Shown here piece after piece: positions 51,685-63,570 of a DNA stretch of 64,000 nt. The DNA is from Octopus sinensis (Eukaryota). The position numbers and the translations under genes are program-made. Numbering within the stretch: position 1 is the stretch's first letter; every line of letters begins with the position of its first letter. The notes beneath the pieces were generated by a model. It worked only from the letters and a program-made list of their open reading frames with translations, was not told the DNA's origin and did no database searches. Location of the stretch: the NCBI RefSeq assembly GCF_006345805.1, contig NC_043001.1, positions 99,882,001 through 99,946,000 on the forward strand, in the 5' to 3' direction.

Positions 51685-53122
51685 AGTAATAGTAATGTCA
51701 TTGGTGACAGGGGTTGCACCTGCGGACTGGAGAACAGCGATAATCTGCCCGATTTTCAAGAAAGGGAGCTGCGAAGACCTGCTTAACTACCGACCGGTTT
51801 CCCTTACTTCAATAATCAGCAAGATGTTTGAAACCATCCTCAAGAAAAGAATGCTCCACCTCCAAAACACAGCCTCTATCTCTGATTCCCAACATGGCTT
51901 TGTGTCAAAGAGATCATGCTTGACCAACTTACTGGTAATGGAAGAATTGGTGACACGTATCCTGGATGATGGTGATGCTGTTGACATCGTTTTATTGGAC
52001 TTTGCCAAAGCTTTTGACTAGGTTAACCACCGCCTATTACTTGTCAAGCTTCAAGCATATCGTTTCCATCCGGATATTGTACGATTGGTTGGTGCCTTCC
52101 TCTCAGATCGCTCCTTCCAAGTCCAAGTTAATGGTTCGCTGTCCGACGTCTCCAGTGCGAGCAGTGGTGTGCCTCAAGGTTCAATGCTTGGGCCATTATT
52201 GTTTTTAGTCATCATCAATGACTTGCCCGACAACCTCACGCAACACACCTTTCTATTTGCCAACGATGTCAAACTGGTCGCTTCTCGCAGTGATACAGAG
52301 GATCTTCGTCGATGCCTCCACCAAGTTTGGAGATGGTCAAATGAATGGGACCTGTGTCTGAACATGTCAAAGTGCTGTCATCTGCCTGTTGGCTCCTCTC
52401 CTGCAACTCAGCATGATTTCGAGCCGTGTCGTCTGCTGCTGGATAAGACCGACCAAGTAAAGGACCTGGGTATCTTGGTGAATTCTTTCTTTTCGCCTTC
52501 GGCCCAATGCGTCCATGCTGCCAACAAAGCACGCAGAGTTCTGTTTTTGATTCAACGGTCATTGGGAATGCTCTCAGCAGCCATATTCCTACCGCTCTAT
52601 GTCACGCTGGTGAGACCCATATTGGAGTACGGGATTCAAGCCTCTTCTCCTTATCTCCTCAAAGACATACATCATCTCGAAAGAGTCCAGAAGCTGTCTA
52701 CTTGCATGGTTCTTGGTCTCGAGCATTTGTCTTATGAAGAAAGGCTGAAGACGCTCAACCTTTAGTCTCTCGAAAAACGCCACTGGCATGGTGATCTCAT
52801 TATCGCTCACAACATCATAAGCAGAAAGTGTAACCTCTCAAAATAGCTCTTCTACACTCCTGCTCTAGAGCGTGGGCTGTGGTGTCACTCCGAAAAGCTC
52901 TATCTATGACGATTTCATCTCAATCAAAGGAGAGGGGCTTTCTCCGTCTGGGTTGCAGATCCGTGGAATAAGCTGCCGGATGAGATAGGGAAGATGCCGA
53001 CGACCGCTCGGTTCCAAGTCTCTCTTGACCAGAAATGGCCTGAACTCTTTGTATGAACACCCTTCCTGTCCCCCTACATGGCCTTGCTTTTGCTTTTTGA
53101 GCCAATAAAAATTGAATTGAAT
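51685..53122 (+). mobile_element. 5'-truncated, relatively young CR1-like LINE with (AATTG)n tail
   Basis: It reads PADWRTAIICPIFKKG…NYRPVSLTS…QHGF…LDFAKAFD…SGVPQGSMLGPLLF…LFANDVK…KDLGI…VRPILEYG…LERVQ. There are few disablements, many CpGs are retained, and the tail is AATTGAATTGAATTG at ~53110-53124. Confidence 0.95.
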
Positions 53123-53189
53123 TGAAAAAAAAATATATACTACAGTTACAATAATCTAGGACAGTTATAACAGCCTCTTCTTAAAAGAA

Positions 53190-53600
53190 TCTCAAAACTT
53201 CTGGAATGCAATAGTGGAGGGTAACCAGGAAGATGTGGGACAAAGTAGTGAGAAAGGATCTTTGGACACTGGACCTCACTGAGGAAATAACAAGAGACCA
53301 GGAAATGTGTTGATTTCCTGTACTCGATAAGATGCATAAAGCTAAGTAAAATTGTTGTGTTCCACACATACAGGCCTGTCTTTTCAGGTGCCGGTGCCAC
53401 ACCCTTGCTGGTGCTGTGTAAATGTACCCATGCTGGTGGCGTGTAAGAAGCAATAAGCACACTCTGTTAAGTGGTTGGCATTAGGAAGGGCAAACAGCTA
53501 TAGAAACCATGTCAGAACAGACAATTGGAGTCTGGGCAGCTACCAGGTGGCTAATTCCATATCACACCACCCAAAACCATTCTAGCATCGAAGACGAGCA
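53190..53600 (+). mobile_element. RTE LINE 3' end with tail
   Basis: G.PGRCGTK/WDKVVRKDLWTLDLTEEITRDQEM is followed by GTGGTTGGCATTAGGAAGGGC…AAACAATGATGAT. Confidence 0.8.
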
Positions 53601-53694
53601 TTAAACAATGATGATATAAGAAATGAAATAGATATAGGAAATTTTAAAAAGGATTAACCCTAACCCTAAATTAAATAAAGGAATTAAAAGCTAT

Positions 53695-53795
53695 GCTATG
53701 AACTTTATTAGCTTACAGCTTTTTCTGCTATAAAATGCAATGCACTCCTATTTGAATGCTAGTGTGTCACCTTACAGCTTCATCAGAGGTGTAAT
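53695..53795 (-). repeat. Inverted Penelope pseudo-LTR segment with decayed hammerhead-like core
   Basis: The reverse complement CTGATGAAGCTGTAAGGTGACAC…AGCATTCAAAT…GCATTTTA…GCTGTAAGCTAATAAAGTTCAT aligns with 56036-56130. Confidence 0.65.
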
Positions 53796-53844
53796 TATAT
53801 TTGGGAAAGAATTTACATTATACATATGTATATATATATATATA

Positions 53845-54185
53845 GTGCCGCCTATACTGACTTCTGTGCCGGTGGCACGTAAAAAGCACCATCCGAATGT
53901 GGCCAATGCCAGCGCCGCCTTGACTGGCTTCTGTGCTGGTGGCACGTAAAAAGCACCAACCGATTGTGGCCGCTGCCAGCCTCCCCTGGCACCTGTGCCG
54001 GTGGCACGTAAAAAGCACCCACTACACTCTCGGAGTGGTTGGTGTTAGGAAGGGCATCCAGCAGTAGAAACACAGCCAGATCACACTGGAGCCTGGTGCA
54101 GCCTCCTGGCTTCCCAGACCCCAGTCGAACTGTCCAACCTGTGCTAGCACGGAAAACAGACGTTAAATGATGATGATGATGATGA
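53845..54185 (+). mobile_element. Young RTE-tail/SINE-like repeat with three ~62-67-bp units
   Basis: TGTGC(C/T)GGTGGCACGTAAAAAGCACC occurs at 53865, 53932 and 53994. CpGs are intact, the end is (GAT)n, and the element sits next to a (TA)n run. Confidence 0.9.
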
Positions 54186-54214
54186 TATATATTCCAAAAA
54201 GAGTGAACAAAGAA

Positions 54215-55620
54215 ACCATATTAGTCAGCTTTGATGTAGTCAGCCTCTACACCAATATCCCCCATAACTTAGGATGAGAAGCATTAGAGTTCTGGATACA
54301 CAAACACACACAAAGAATCTAAGAAAGATTCTCCAAGGAGTTCATACTGAAGGGCTACAGCTAGTACAAGAAAATAAATACTTATTTTTTGACAACCAAT
54401 ACTACCCACAAATACATGGGACTGCAATGGGTACCAGGGTAGCACCTACACTTGCCACACTAGTAATGGGTTATTTGGAAGAAAAAATCTGTTGCTTATC
54501 TCAGATTTCTTTTGGCCAAAGCTTCTACTCATAACTAGTGGAAAACTGGGAGAGATATTTGGATAACTGCTTTATATTCTGGAACAGAAGTAAGGCAGAC
54601 CTTAAAAAAATTTTCGAAATAATAAACAGCATCCATGAATCAATCCAATTCACTATGGAAATGAATGAAAAGGAACTCCCCTTCCTAGATATCTTAATAA
54701 TCAAAGAGAATGAGATTATAATAACTGACCTCTATTACAAAAGTACAGACACAGACCAATATTTAGACTTTAGATCTTGCCATCCTTCCCATACAAAAAG
54801 GAACAGATCCTTCAATATGGCAATGCAAATATGTTCAGTAGTTTCAGAGATAAATAGAAGAGAAAGACAACTTGCAGAGCCTAACTTGCTCCTTAAAAGA
54901 CAAAAATATCCCACGAAACAAATAGACCAAGTGATAACTGAAGCTAAAAATATCCCAATCTCTACACTAAGAAGAAAAAACACTCACACTAAAGATAAAC
55001 AGGAAAATGAACATAAAAATATCCCATTTGTTATCACTCACAATCCCAAGAACCACAATATTCTATAAACAGCCAAACACCTTCTACCAATTCTACACTA
55101 GTCTCCATGTCCCTAACAAATAATCAAGGAACAGCAAATAATCAACAGCCGAAGGCAGCCACCAAACCTGAAGAAGCCTCTAACGAAAGCAAGATTTGCA
55201 TCAGAGGAATAAATAATGCAATTTACCAAATGTGAAGACATCCGATGTGGGACATGTGATTTAATAGAACAGGGACCAGCCTATAAATTCAAGAATGGAA
55301 AAGAATTAAAGGTGAATGCAAATATGAACTGTAAAATCAAAAACCTGATATATTGTATCACATGCTCATGATACAATGAACATTATATTGGGGAAACAAA
55401 AAGGAAATTAACCAACCGTGTAAATGCACACAGACATCAAATAAAACATCCTGCACTTAGAACATACCATGTAGCGAGCATTTGGACATCTGTGCACAAG
55501 GAAAATTTACAATTTTCCCTCTTCATAAAATAAATGGAAAAAAACAACCTTCTACGGAAAGGCAAAAGAAGAATATTTTATAAGATTTCTGAGTCCAAAA
55601 CTAAACCAGAAATAGTCAAC
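54215..55620 (+). mobile_element. Penelope-like element (RT + Cys-rich linker + GIY-YIG endonuclease; Neptune-like)
   Basis: It reads ILVSFDVVSLYTNIP, YPQIHGTAMGTRVAP, WERYLDNCF, LPFLDI, YYKSTDTDQYLDFRSCHP, then CEDIRCGTCDLI, NLIYCITC, YIGETKRKL.NRVNAHR. Confidence 0.92.
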
Positions 55621-56029
55621 AACAATTTTACTGAAGACAACTTTCACTATATGTAATAACATGTGCTTGAAAATGTTAAGAACTGAAAGTGCTTGCACAT
55701 CCATAAAAGCAAAAACTCCCACACATTTTGTGAAATCTCTTCCCAAAGGTTAGTGTCTGTCAACTTTCTAAAAAGGTTCTTTTCTTATTCTTAACTCTTT
55801 GAGAAAGAAATCTTCTCCCCAAATATATATATACCCACACACACAGAAAATATTACCATTGAGTAAGAATAAACATATATAGGAAACGGAGTAAGGAGTT
55901 GAGGGCTAGGACCCCCTTTCAGGAAAAGTAAATGTCTTTCATATGCTTATGCTTTTCTTGACAGTAATGCTTTTTGTGTATATATGTAAATGTAAATGTT
56001 TTCTCAATTAAAATTGCACTTCATATTTG

Positions 56030-56135
56030 AAGTTTCTGATGAAGATTTAGTGCGATACACAAACACTCAAGCATTCAAATGCATTTTATTGTATAACAAA
56101 AAATAGCAGCTATAAGCTAATGAAGTTCATGACAA
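56030..56135 (+). repeat. Downstream Penelope pseudo-LTR segment with decayed hammerhead-like core
   Basis: CTGATGAAGATTTAGTGCGATACAC…AGCATTCAAATGCATTTTA…GCTATAAGCTAATGAAGTTCAT is homologous to 53695-53795 (minus). Confidence 0.65.
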
Positions 56136-56254
56136 TTTCTTATTCTCTTCTCATTTATTCAATTTCTTATTACTGTTCTAAACTTGACTGACACTTTGTT
56201 CTGAAGTATGTTGAGTTCTAACATCAGGAAATTAGTCTTGTTATTTGTAGGCAA

Positions 56255-56262
<8 letters not shown>

Positions 56263-56321
<59 letters not shown>

Positions 56322-56368
56322 TATATATATATACATATATACATATATACATATATACATATATACAT

Positions 56369-56403
<35 letters not shown>
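56263..56403. repeat. Long (AT)n microsatellite (others at ~36965-37110, ~42740-42822, ~44195-44230)
   Basis: Seen directly in the sequence. Confidence 0.98.
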
Positions 56404-56627
56404 CAAATAATAAAAGAGTGTAACTCTTTCCACAAAATAAGAGAAGGGCTCAATATATTGAGCAAATATCAAAGTTCAAGAAGGGAGAGAAGACAAATTA
56501 GTTTATCATCCTCTTAGTCTGGGTTATACTTATTCAAATTGGGAATACAATCGAATCTATACATATATATATTTTTTATCATAATCCCAATATTGGGCAA
56601 TCACAATACATACGCAGAAAATTGCAT

Positions 56628-57471
56628 CAGCTATATGCACACACTTACAACCTAGTTCCATTCCAACTGACAGGTCGTAAGTCGATCCGGTCGTATGTCA
56701 GATTTATATTTTTAACACTATTTTCATTCAAATGGGTTACAAAAATAGAAAAACACAAAACTTTAATCTATAATTCTTGTACATAATGTGAAAAATACAT
56801 AATATGGACTCTATGGTATTGTAAACAAAAACCAATTTAAAATTAATGTTTTGTCCATAATCACAAAACTCTTGGAAGGGATATCTCTTGCCAGACAATA
56901 TTCCCAAGCCTGGGGAATGAAGCAGTTTAGGAAACAGTCTTCGAACAGTGCTTGAGTTATTCAAGCTTTATGGTTTGAACAGTAGTAAACAGGCAGTGTA
57001 TGTTCATTGATGCTCTTAAATACATGAGGGGTTTCTGAATGATGGATTAGAAAAGGCTTCAGCTTGAAACGCACAGCATTACCATCAAGCAACAAAGTTA
57101 ACCTTTCCTTAAAAGCTTTGAATCCTGGCATCCTCTTTTTCCCTTCTTGGTGGATGTACAGTCTAAATCAAGAGCCTTTCTTGACTTCTTAGCTGAAACA
57201 TCTCTAGAGGAAAGCATTTTATTTTTACCAGTCATTTTAGGGGTATTTCAGATACAATTGTAACAAATGTGCATCCAACTGATGTTTGAAAGCAACTGAG
57301 AGACAAGGGCAGGCAGTGGATGCCTGGGTGTGAGGGGAGGGGCTGCATAGCTGGATACTGCCATAGTTATCATGGGTGCAGCTGCCCAATGTCCGAAAAC
57401 CAACATTTTATTTATTCATTTATTTTGTGTGGTCATAAGTTGTGTTGGTTGTAATTCGAGGAGAAGGTGTG
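56628..57471 (-). mobile_element. Internally deleted Tigger (pogo) element with both ends
   Basis: The N-terminus MTGKNKMLSSRDVSAKKSRKALDLD is joined to YIHQEGKRMPGFKAFKERLTLLLDGNA..FKLKPFLIHHSETP…LPVYY..N.KA.IT..LFEDCF…CFIP…YC (Tigger1-like). CGACTTACGAC-type subterminal motifs lie near both ends, with TA at 57472-73. Confidence 0.88.
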
Positions 57472-58152
57472 TACGGACACACACAGAACCCATCCCACCA
57501 CAAAACAAAACAGGAGAGTAGAGAGTTTTGGGTATTATTTGTTTTCTCTGTGAAACATATTTCATTTGCTAACAGCAATTATAAAGTTTTACATGTTTGA
57601 TAAATAGATAGGAAATTTCTTTTTAGAAATTCTTCAGACAAAGAAAAATGTTATGTCCAGGCAGTGTCAATTTGATGCAGGGATTGAGTTGATGCCCAGC
57701 ACATACATTTGACCACTATAAACAAACCACTTGTGCAGGTCGACAAAAGCTGAATACTGACAGATCATCTTTGATGGGGGAGAGTCCATTATCATCATCA
57801 TCATCATTATTATCATTATTATTTTTTTTTTCTCCATCTGAAGAATTTCTTATAGGAAATGTCTTACATGTCTGTCTAAACATGTAAAAGCTTGTAATTT
57901 CTATTAGTAAATGAAACACATGTAATGGAGAATAAAGAATAACAAAAAATGTTCACTTTCCTGTTTGCCAATAAAATGATATTTCCCTAATTCTCAATTT
58001 TAATTTGTATCATGACAACATACTGCAGCAACTGAGGCCACATATTGGATTGTAATAATGGAATAAGTAGATGTACCTCAAGAGGAAACAGCTAGAATTT
58101 ACCATAACTACCTACATTACACACACACACACACACACACACACGAATGTAC

Positions 58153-58184
<32 letters not shown>

Positions 58185-58486
58185 GTATGTATGCATGTAT
58201 GTATATATGTATGTGTGTGTGTACATACATACATAGACACACACACACTCACACACGTATACATATATATTAATCAATGAAGTTCCACCTAAATCAGATT
58301 TTCACATTTTATTATTTGCAATTTTTACAATTTCACAATATTCAAATAAACTAGTACTTTCAGGTGTTATGCAATCCTCAGGTTTGTTGTTGTGACAGTC
58401 ATGTTCCACAATTGACAACTGTAGTGAAATGGTTTGATTTACCCTTTAAATACCCTCTGATGGACTCCAGCAGGCTGAGTGTTACG

Positions 58487-58615
58487 AACTGTATTTTGAC
58501 CAATAGTTATGTGGCTTAGATATCATGGTTTGGTGAGTGTACCAGCTAAGTTCTAACTGTATTTTGATTAATCAGTATGTGGTTTACACTTCAGAGTTTG
58601 GTGAGTACATCAAAG
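58487..58615 (+). repeat. Degenerate tandem duplication with a 68-bp period
   Basis: AACTGTATTTTGA occurs at 58487 and 58555. TATGTGG and GTTTGGTGAGT are conserved at the same spacing. Confidence 0.8.
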
Positions 58616-58849
58616 ATTCTTTACTTTCACAGCACCTAAAGGAATAATTGTTTGGCTTTAATTTGGAATGTTGTAAACAACATTCCTGTTTTCATTGAAT
58701 TCTATCACTGCTATTCCAGGAATTTTTACATTTCAATTGAGTCAATGTTCATATATTGATTTCATATATTTTCCTAAACACAATCATAAAACACTTGGAT
58801 GTATATGTATACACACATACCCACACACACATATTTATATATATATCAT

Positions 58850-59010
58850 CATCATCATCATCGTCATCTTCACCATCATTGTTGTTTAACATCCACCTTC
58901 CATGCTGGCATGGGTGGAACGGTTTGACAGGAGCCAACCAGGTAGAAGCCTGCACCAGACTTCTGTAACTGTTTTGGCAAGATTTTTACAGCTGGAGGCC
59001 CTTCCTAACA
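58850..59010 (-). mobile_element. RTE-tail/SINE-like repeat
   Basis: The plus strand shows (CAT)n…CCATGCTGGCATGGGTGGAACGGTTTGAC…CAGCTGGAGGCCCTTCCTAACACCAACC. Confidence 0.85.
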
Positions 59011-59099
59011 CCAACCAACCAACCAACCAACCAACCAACCATCCATCCATTCATCCATCCATCCATCAATCCATACATACATATTCTTACCCTTACAAT

Positions 59100-60880
59100 T
59101 GAGAACAGAATGATTGTTTCTAATAGTATATGCATTTCAAAGGGAATATTCCAGGGAGATAATCTTTCTGTACTACTTTTCATTTTGGCACTGAATCCTT
59201 TATCGTTTCTACTGCAGAAAACAAATGGATCTTCAACTGCTAGAAATATCAATGTAACTCATAATTTCTTTGTTGACAACTTGAAGATTTATGCTAAAAG
59301 TGTTAACAATGCCAAAAAACAACTGGAATTAATAACATTTTCAGCTGATACAAGCATGGAATTTGGCCAAAAGAAATGTTCATATTTGGTATAAGAATGA
59401 GGAAAAGCAGTCCCCCAAACCTAATACCTATGCTTTAACGGTCTCTCTATCTCCCCCATTCCACACAAAGAATGTTACAAGTACCTAAGCATAGATGAAA
59501 ATGTATCATATGAAGGCACTGTGAATAAAGATAGAGTGACCCGAGAATATTACACCAGACTTAGGAAAATATAGCAGTCGGAATTCTCCTCTTACAACAA
59601 AACAATATTCCACAATGTGCTGATCCCAACATTTGGGATATTAGATTGGTCCATAGAGGAAATCCACTCCATAGATATCAAAACCAGCAAAGTCCTGACA
59701 ATAACTGGGAACTTCCACAGAAACAGTGATGTTGACAGGCTCAACCTAAGTAGAAATGAAGGTGGTAGAGCCCTGAGATCAGTTCAGACGGTCTTCATAT
59801 GGTATCATTCAGGCAGCACCTGCTAAACAACAGCAGTAGAAAGGAATATATAAATGCAGTACTGAAAAGTGAAGTGAGCAACATTATAGGAGTTGGCAGT
59901 GAGCTCCTGAAGAAGCAATCTCTTCCTGATGATCTATACAGCCCCCCAAAAACTAGGCTCTCTTACCCCAGAGAAGACCTGGATGGAAAGCACTCAGCAT
60001 ACCAAAAGAGAGTATGCATGGGTATGTTGCCTGGGAGTTTGAAGAAGACAATAGAATTGACATGAAATGCACCCTCTCTTGGACACAAGGCCACTACATC
60101 ACATCACACTTTGAAGGCTGTGCATTTGCAATCCAGGAACAGGAAATTGCTACAAAGTACCTGGTGAACAAGAGAGACAATGATGCTCTTGCAGTCCCAA
60201 GGTGCAACCACACGCGTAATCTATATCATGTTTCTGTGGAAGACATTACGCATGTGATTAGCAGCTGTCCTAAAATGTCATCATGGTTCTACTTCCCTAT
60301 GCAGCACGATGTTGTTGCTAAAACAATTTACAATGGCATCCGCAAGAAAGACTGTCCTGAAATAAACTTAGAAAATCCCTCTGTTACAAAATATATTCAT
60401 AAACACCAACTCAAGGGATACTGGTGGAATATTCCCAACAAAACATCTGGCACATGTAAGTATAACAGGCGGATATTGTTGTTTGGGACAGTGGGGCAAA
60501 GGTATGTACCATCATAGAGGTTAGCTGCCCTGCAGATATAAATATCTCTTTGAAAACCAAAGAAAAAGAGGATATCTATGGACTTCTGCTTCGAAACCTC
60601 CAGCTTCTTTATCCAAACTATGAATTCATATTCATACCAATAATAATTGGAGCATTAGGTTTTGTTAGTAAATGCTTAAAGGAGATTTTGGAATAAACTG
60701 GGATTTTCAGAAAGAGAAATCAACCGGCTAATTCGTACATTACAAGTGCAATCTGTGAGTGGAATAGTAAAAATATGCAAGACTTTTTTCAAGTTCTGAA
60801 TGTGAATTTGTCTATGTTAACTACATCCCAAAGATGGAGCCTTGTATCTTTGCTGGAAACCGGTTCCCTCATCAGTGTAA
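59100..60880 (+). mobile_element. 5'-truncated R4/Dong-like non-LTR element (RT motif 4 to RLE)
   Basis: It reads KGIFQGDNLSVLLFILALNPLS, FVDNLKIY, YKYLSIDE, LIPTFGILDW, DVDRL…EGGRAL, AIQEQEI.TK, EDITHVISSCP…QHDVVAK, WWN, IEVSCPAD.N…KEKEDIY…LQLLYP…IPIIIGALG. Confidence 0.9.
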
Positions 60881-60929
60881 GATTTATAATAATTAAAAAA
60901 TAGAGACATACATGTTTGGAGATGGCAAA

Positions 60930-63500
60930 GATAGGACACTTACTCGCAAACTGAATATCCTCAAGCAGGAGCTAAAAGCTGTCAGTGGGGAACTCTGACA
61001 TCAGAAGAGAATAACCGAGAGAAGAATAAACAAAAAATTTAACCGGAACCAGGCAGCAATAGAGACATGAGAGGAGAAGCAGTGAACATCACAGAAGCTC
61101 CTTCACAAGAAAATATAGACTCTTTCTGAAGGAAAATCTGGAGTGAAGGGAAGGAGTTTAACCAATATGCTCTAAGGCTGGAAGAAATCTAAAGTAGTTA
61201 CTGCCCCTGCATTACACCCAAGACATACAGCGTTGATGGTGATACCCTTGTGACTGTGATCTAGGAACTTCAGGTTGGAAAAACACCTGGAAGAGATTTG
61301 ATTGTAGGATAGTGGTACAAGACGCTGACCTTCTACCAACCATATCAATCTGTACCAGTAAGTTCTCAATGGGAACAATAGCATACCACACTGGTTAGCT
61401 CCGGAAGAGACAAAACTGATACCCAAATGCAGAACCACCCACATGTCAAAAAACTACCTGCCAATTGCATGCCAGAACTTAATGTATCAAGTATAGTGAG
61501 AATGCTTGAACCTCTTCCTCCGAGACCATTGTGAAAGCAATAACATCATCACAGCAGAACAAGCAGCTGGGAAGAAGGGAGGTTGGGGATGTGCCGAGTA
61601 ATTGTTAATAAACAAAACAGTAATGTCAGAGGCGCAGGAGTATAGAAGGAACCTAGTTTCGATGAGGCTGGATTACAAGAAAGCCTTTGATTCTGTCTGT
61701 CGCTTGTGGATGCTAGAAGCTCTTTGACTTGCTAAAGTTCCCATGAGCATAGTCAAAGTTATAACTGACCTGACTTCATTGTGGGCCACCATCTTGAAAT
61801 TTAACACAAAGAATGACTGTATTATCACTGACAGAATACAGTATCACAGAAGTATATTCTAAGGAAACAGACTTTCTGTGATGTTATTTATACTTTCTGT
61901 AAGCCTCTCATTATTCATGTTAAGAAATTCTGAAGGATATCTCACTGGTTCACAAGGCAACAGAAATACCAAAATTACACACACAGCTTCTTTGTGGATG
62001 ACTTAAAAATATATGCAATGAATATGCACAAGATGAAAAAGAGCCTTGATCTAATTACAACATTCTCAAAGGATGTAGGACTGGAGTCTGGTCAGAACAA
62101 ATGTTTCAACATGGTTGTGAAGAGAGGGCAAACTGTAAATCAGACTAGCAACATCTCCATCATCAATGATTTGACTGTTTCCCCTATATCTGATGAGGAA
62201 TGTTACAGGTATCTAGGGGTGGATGAAACTATATCTTACAATGGCACCTGTAACAAAACACGTGTCACTAAAGAATGTTACAGCCAAATAAAGGAAATTT
62301 TGATCTTAGAACTCTCTGCATTTAATAAAACTGTGGCCCACAATGTGTTTGCAGTGCCAGTACTCATACCAACATTTTAGCTGCTTGATTGGATGCTTGA
62401 TGAGATCTGAGCCGTCAATGGCTCAGATCTCATCAAGTGTCCAATTCAGGCCCAAAATAGTCACTCAACTCTACAGCAATGTATCATCATCTGAAAGGAT
62501 GAGCATAGATGGGTAGAAGACCATGCATGGATTTATTAGTAGAAAACTCAGAGATGACAGTAACATTGTTCATCAAAGCAGCCTATCACAGACCAACAAC
62601 TGGATTACTACCTTCCACTTCAAAGGCTATGTGTTTGCATCCAGGAACACACAATATCAACCAAATACCTGATGTGCAAAAGGGATAGAGATGCAGGAAA
62701 AGCAGTAAAATGTGACAACTGATGCAGACTTTGTGGAGTTAAAAACCGAAGATATCACCCACATCATAAGCAGTTGTCCGAAAATGTCATCATGGTATTA
62801 TCTACCGATGAGACATGATGCTGTGGCTAGGACACAGTATAATGGGATCAGTCAAAAGGACAACCACAAAGACAAAGAAATAAGAAACCATAGTGTGGTG
62901 GAAACCATAGACACTCATAATAAAAAAGAGTACTGGTGGAATGTCCCAGTGAAGACCTCAATAAAACACAACAGATCTGATATAATGATTTGCAATAGAG
63001 AAGAGAAACTGTATATTTGTGGAAATCAGCTGCCCAGTGGACGTTAACATAAAGCTAAAGATTAGTGAGAAAGAAAATACCTATACTGAACTACTGAGAA
63101 ATTTGCAGTTACTCTATCCAGATTGCAAATTCAGGTTTATACCTGTAATTATTGGGGCACTGGGATATGTACTACACTGGCTAAATACAAATCTCAAGAA
63201 ATTAGGCTTCTAAAAGAAGAAAGGAGAAAGCTGATTCGAAGACTACAGATTCAAGCCATCACTGGAATTGTAAGAATCTGTAAAACTTTCCAGAAGTTTA
63301 TCATTTGAGTATATATGAGCATGTCTAGATAAGCAAGTACATAAATACATACATAAAACAAAACATACAAATCTGCACGTATACATACATACAAAAATAC
63401 CCTGTTGTTGATGTTGAAATTCCAATGAAGGGAGCTTGGATCCAGTTAAGAAACTGGCCCTTTCTCTATTGGCAAGAAATCTAGAAATAAAACTGAATAA
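60930..63500 (+). mobile_element. Second, longer R4/Dong-like element with 3' UTR
   Basis: It reads KTPGRDLIVG.WYK, NYLPIACQNLMY, EQAAGKKGGWGC…LLINK, LDYKKAFDSV, FVDDLKIY, YRYLGVDE, VFAVPVLIPTF, HIISSCPKMSSWYYLPMRHDAVA, EISCPVDVN…PVIIGALG. The 3' UTR ends AAATAAAACTGAATA. Confidence 0.9.
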
Positions 63501-63535
63501 CTACTGACTAAATGACACACACACACATACATACA

Positions 63536-63570
<35 letters not shown>

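Noticed and set aside
53654-53669. TAACCCTAACCCTAA telomere-like repeat (weaker one at ~44770-44800)
   Set aside because: There are only about two units, which is too short to call an interstitial telomeric site or a Helentron end.
56640-56730. CpG-rich segment with exon-like frames on both strands (NLTYDRIDLRPVSWNGTR, superficially like a Cys-loop receptor N-terminus)
   Set aside because: It is the subterminal CGACTTACGAC/GTCGTAAGTCG motif region of the Tigger element. This shows how easily false exons appear in this window.
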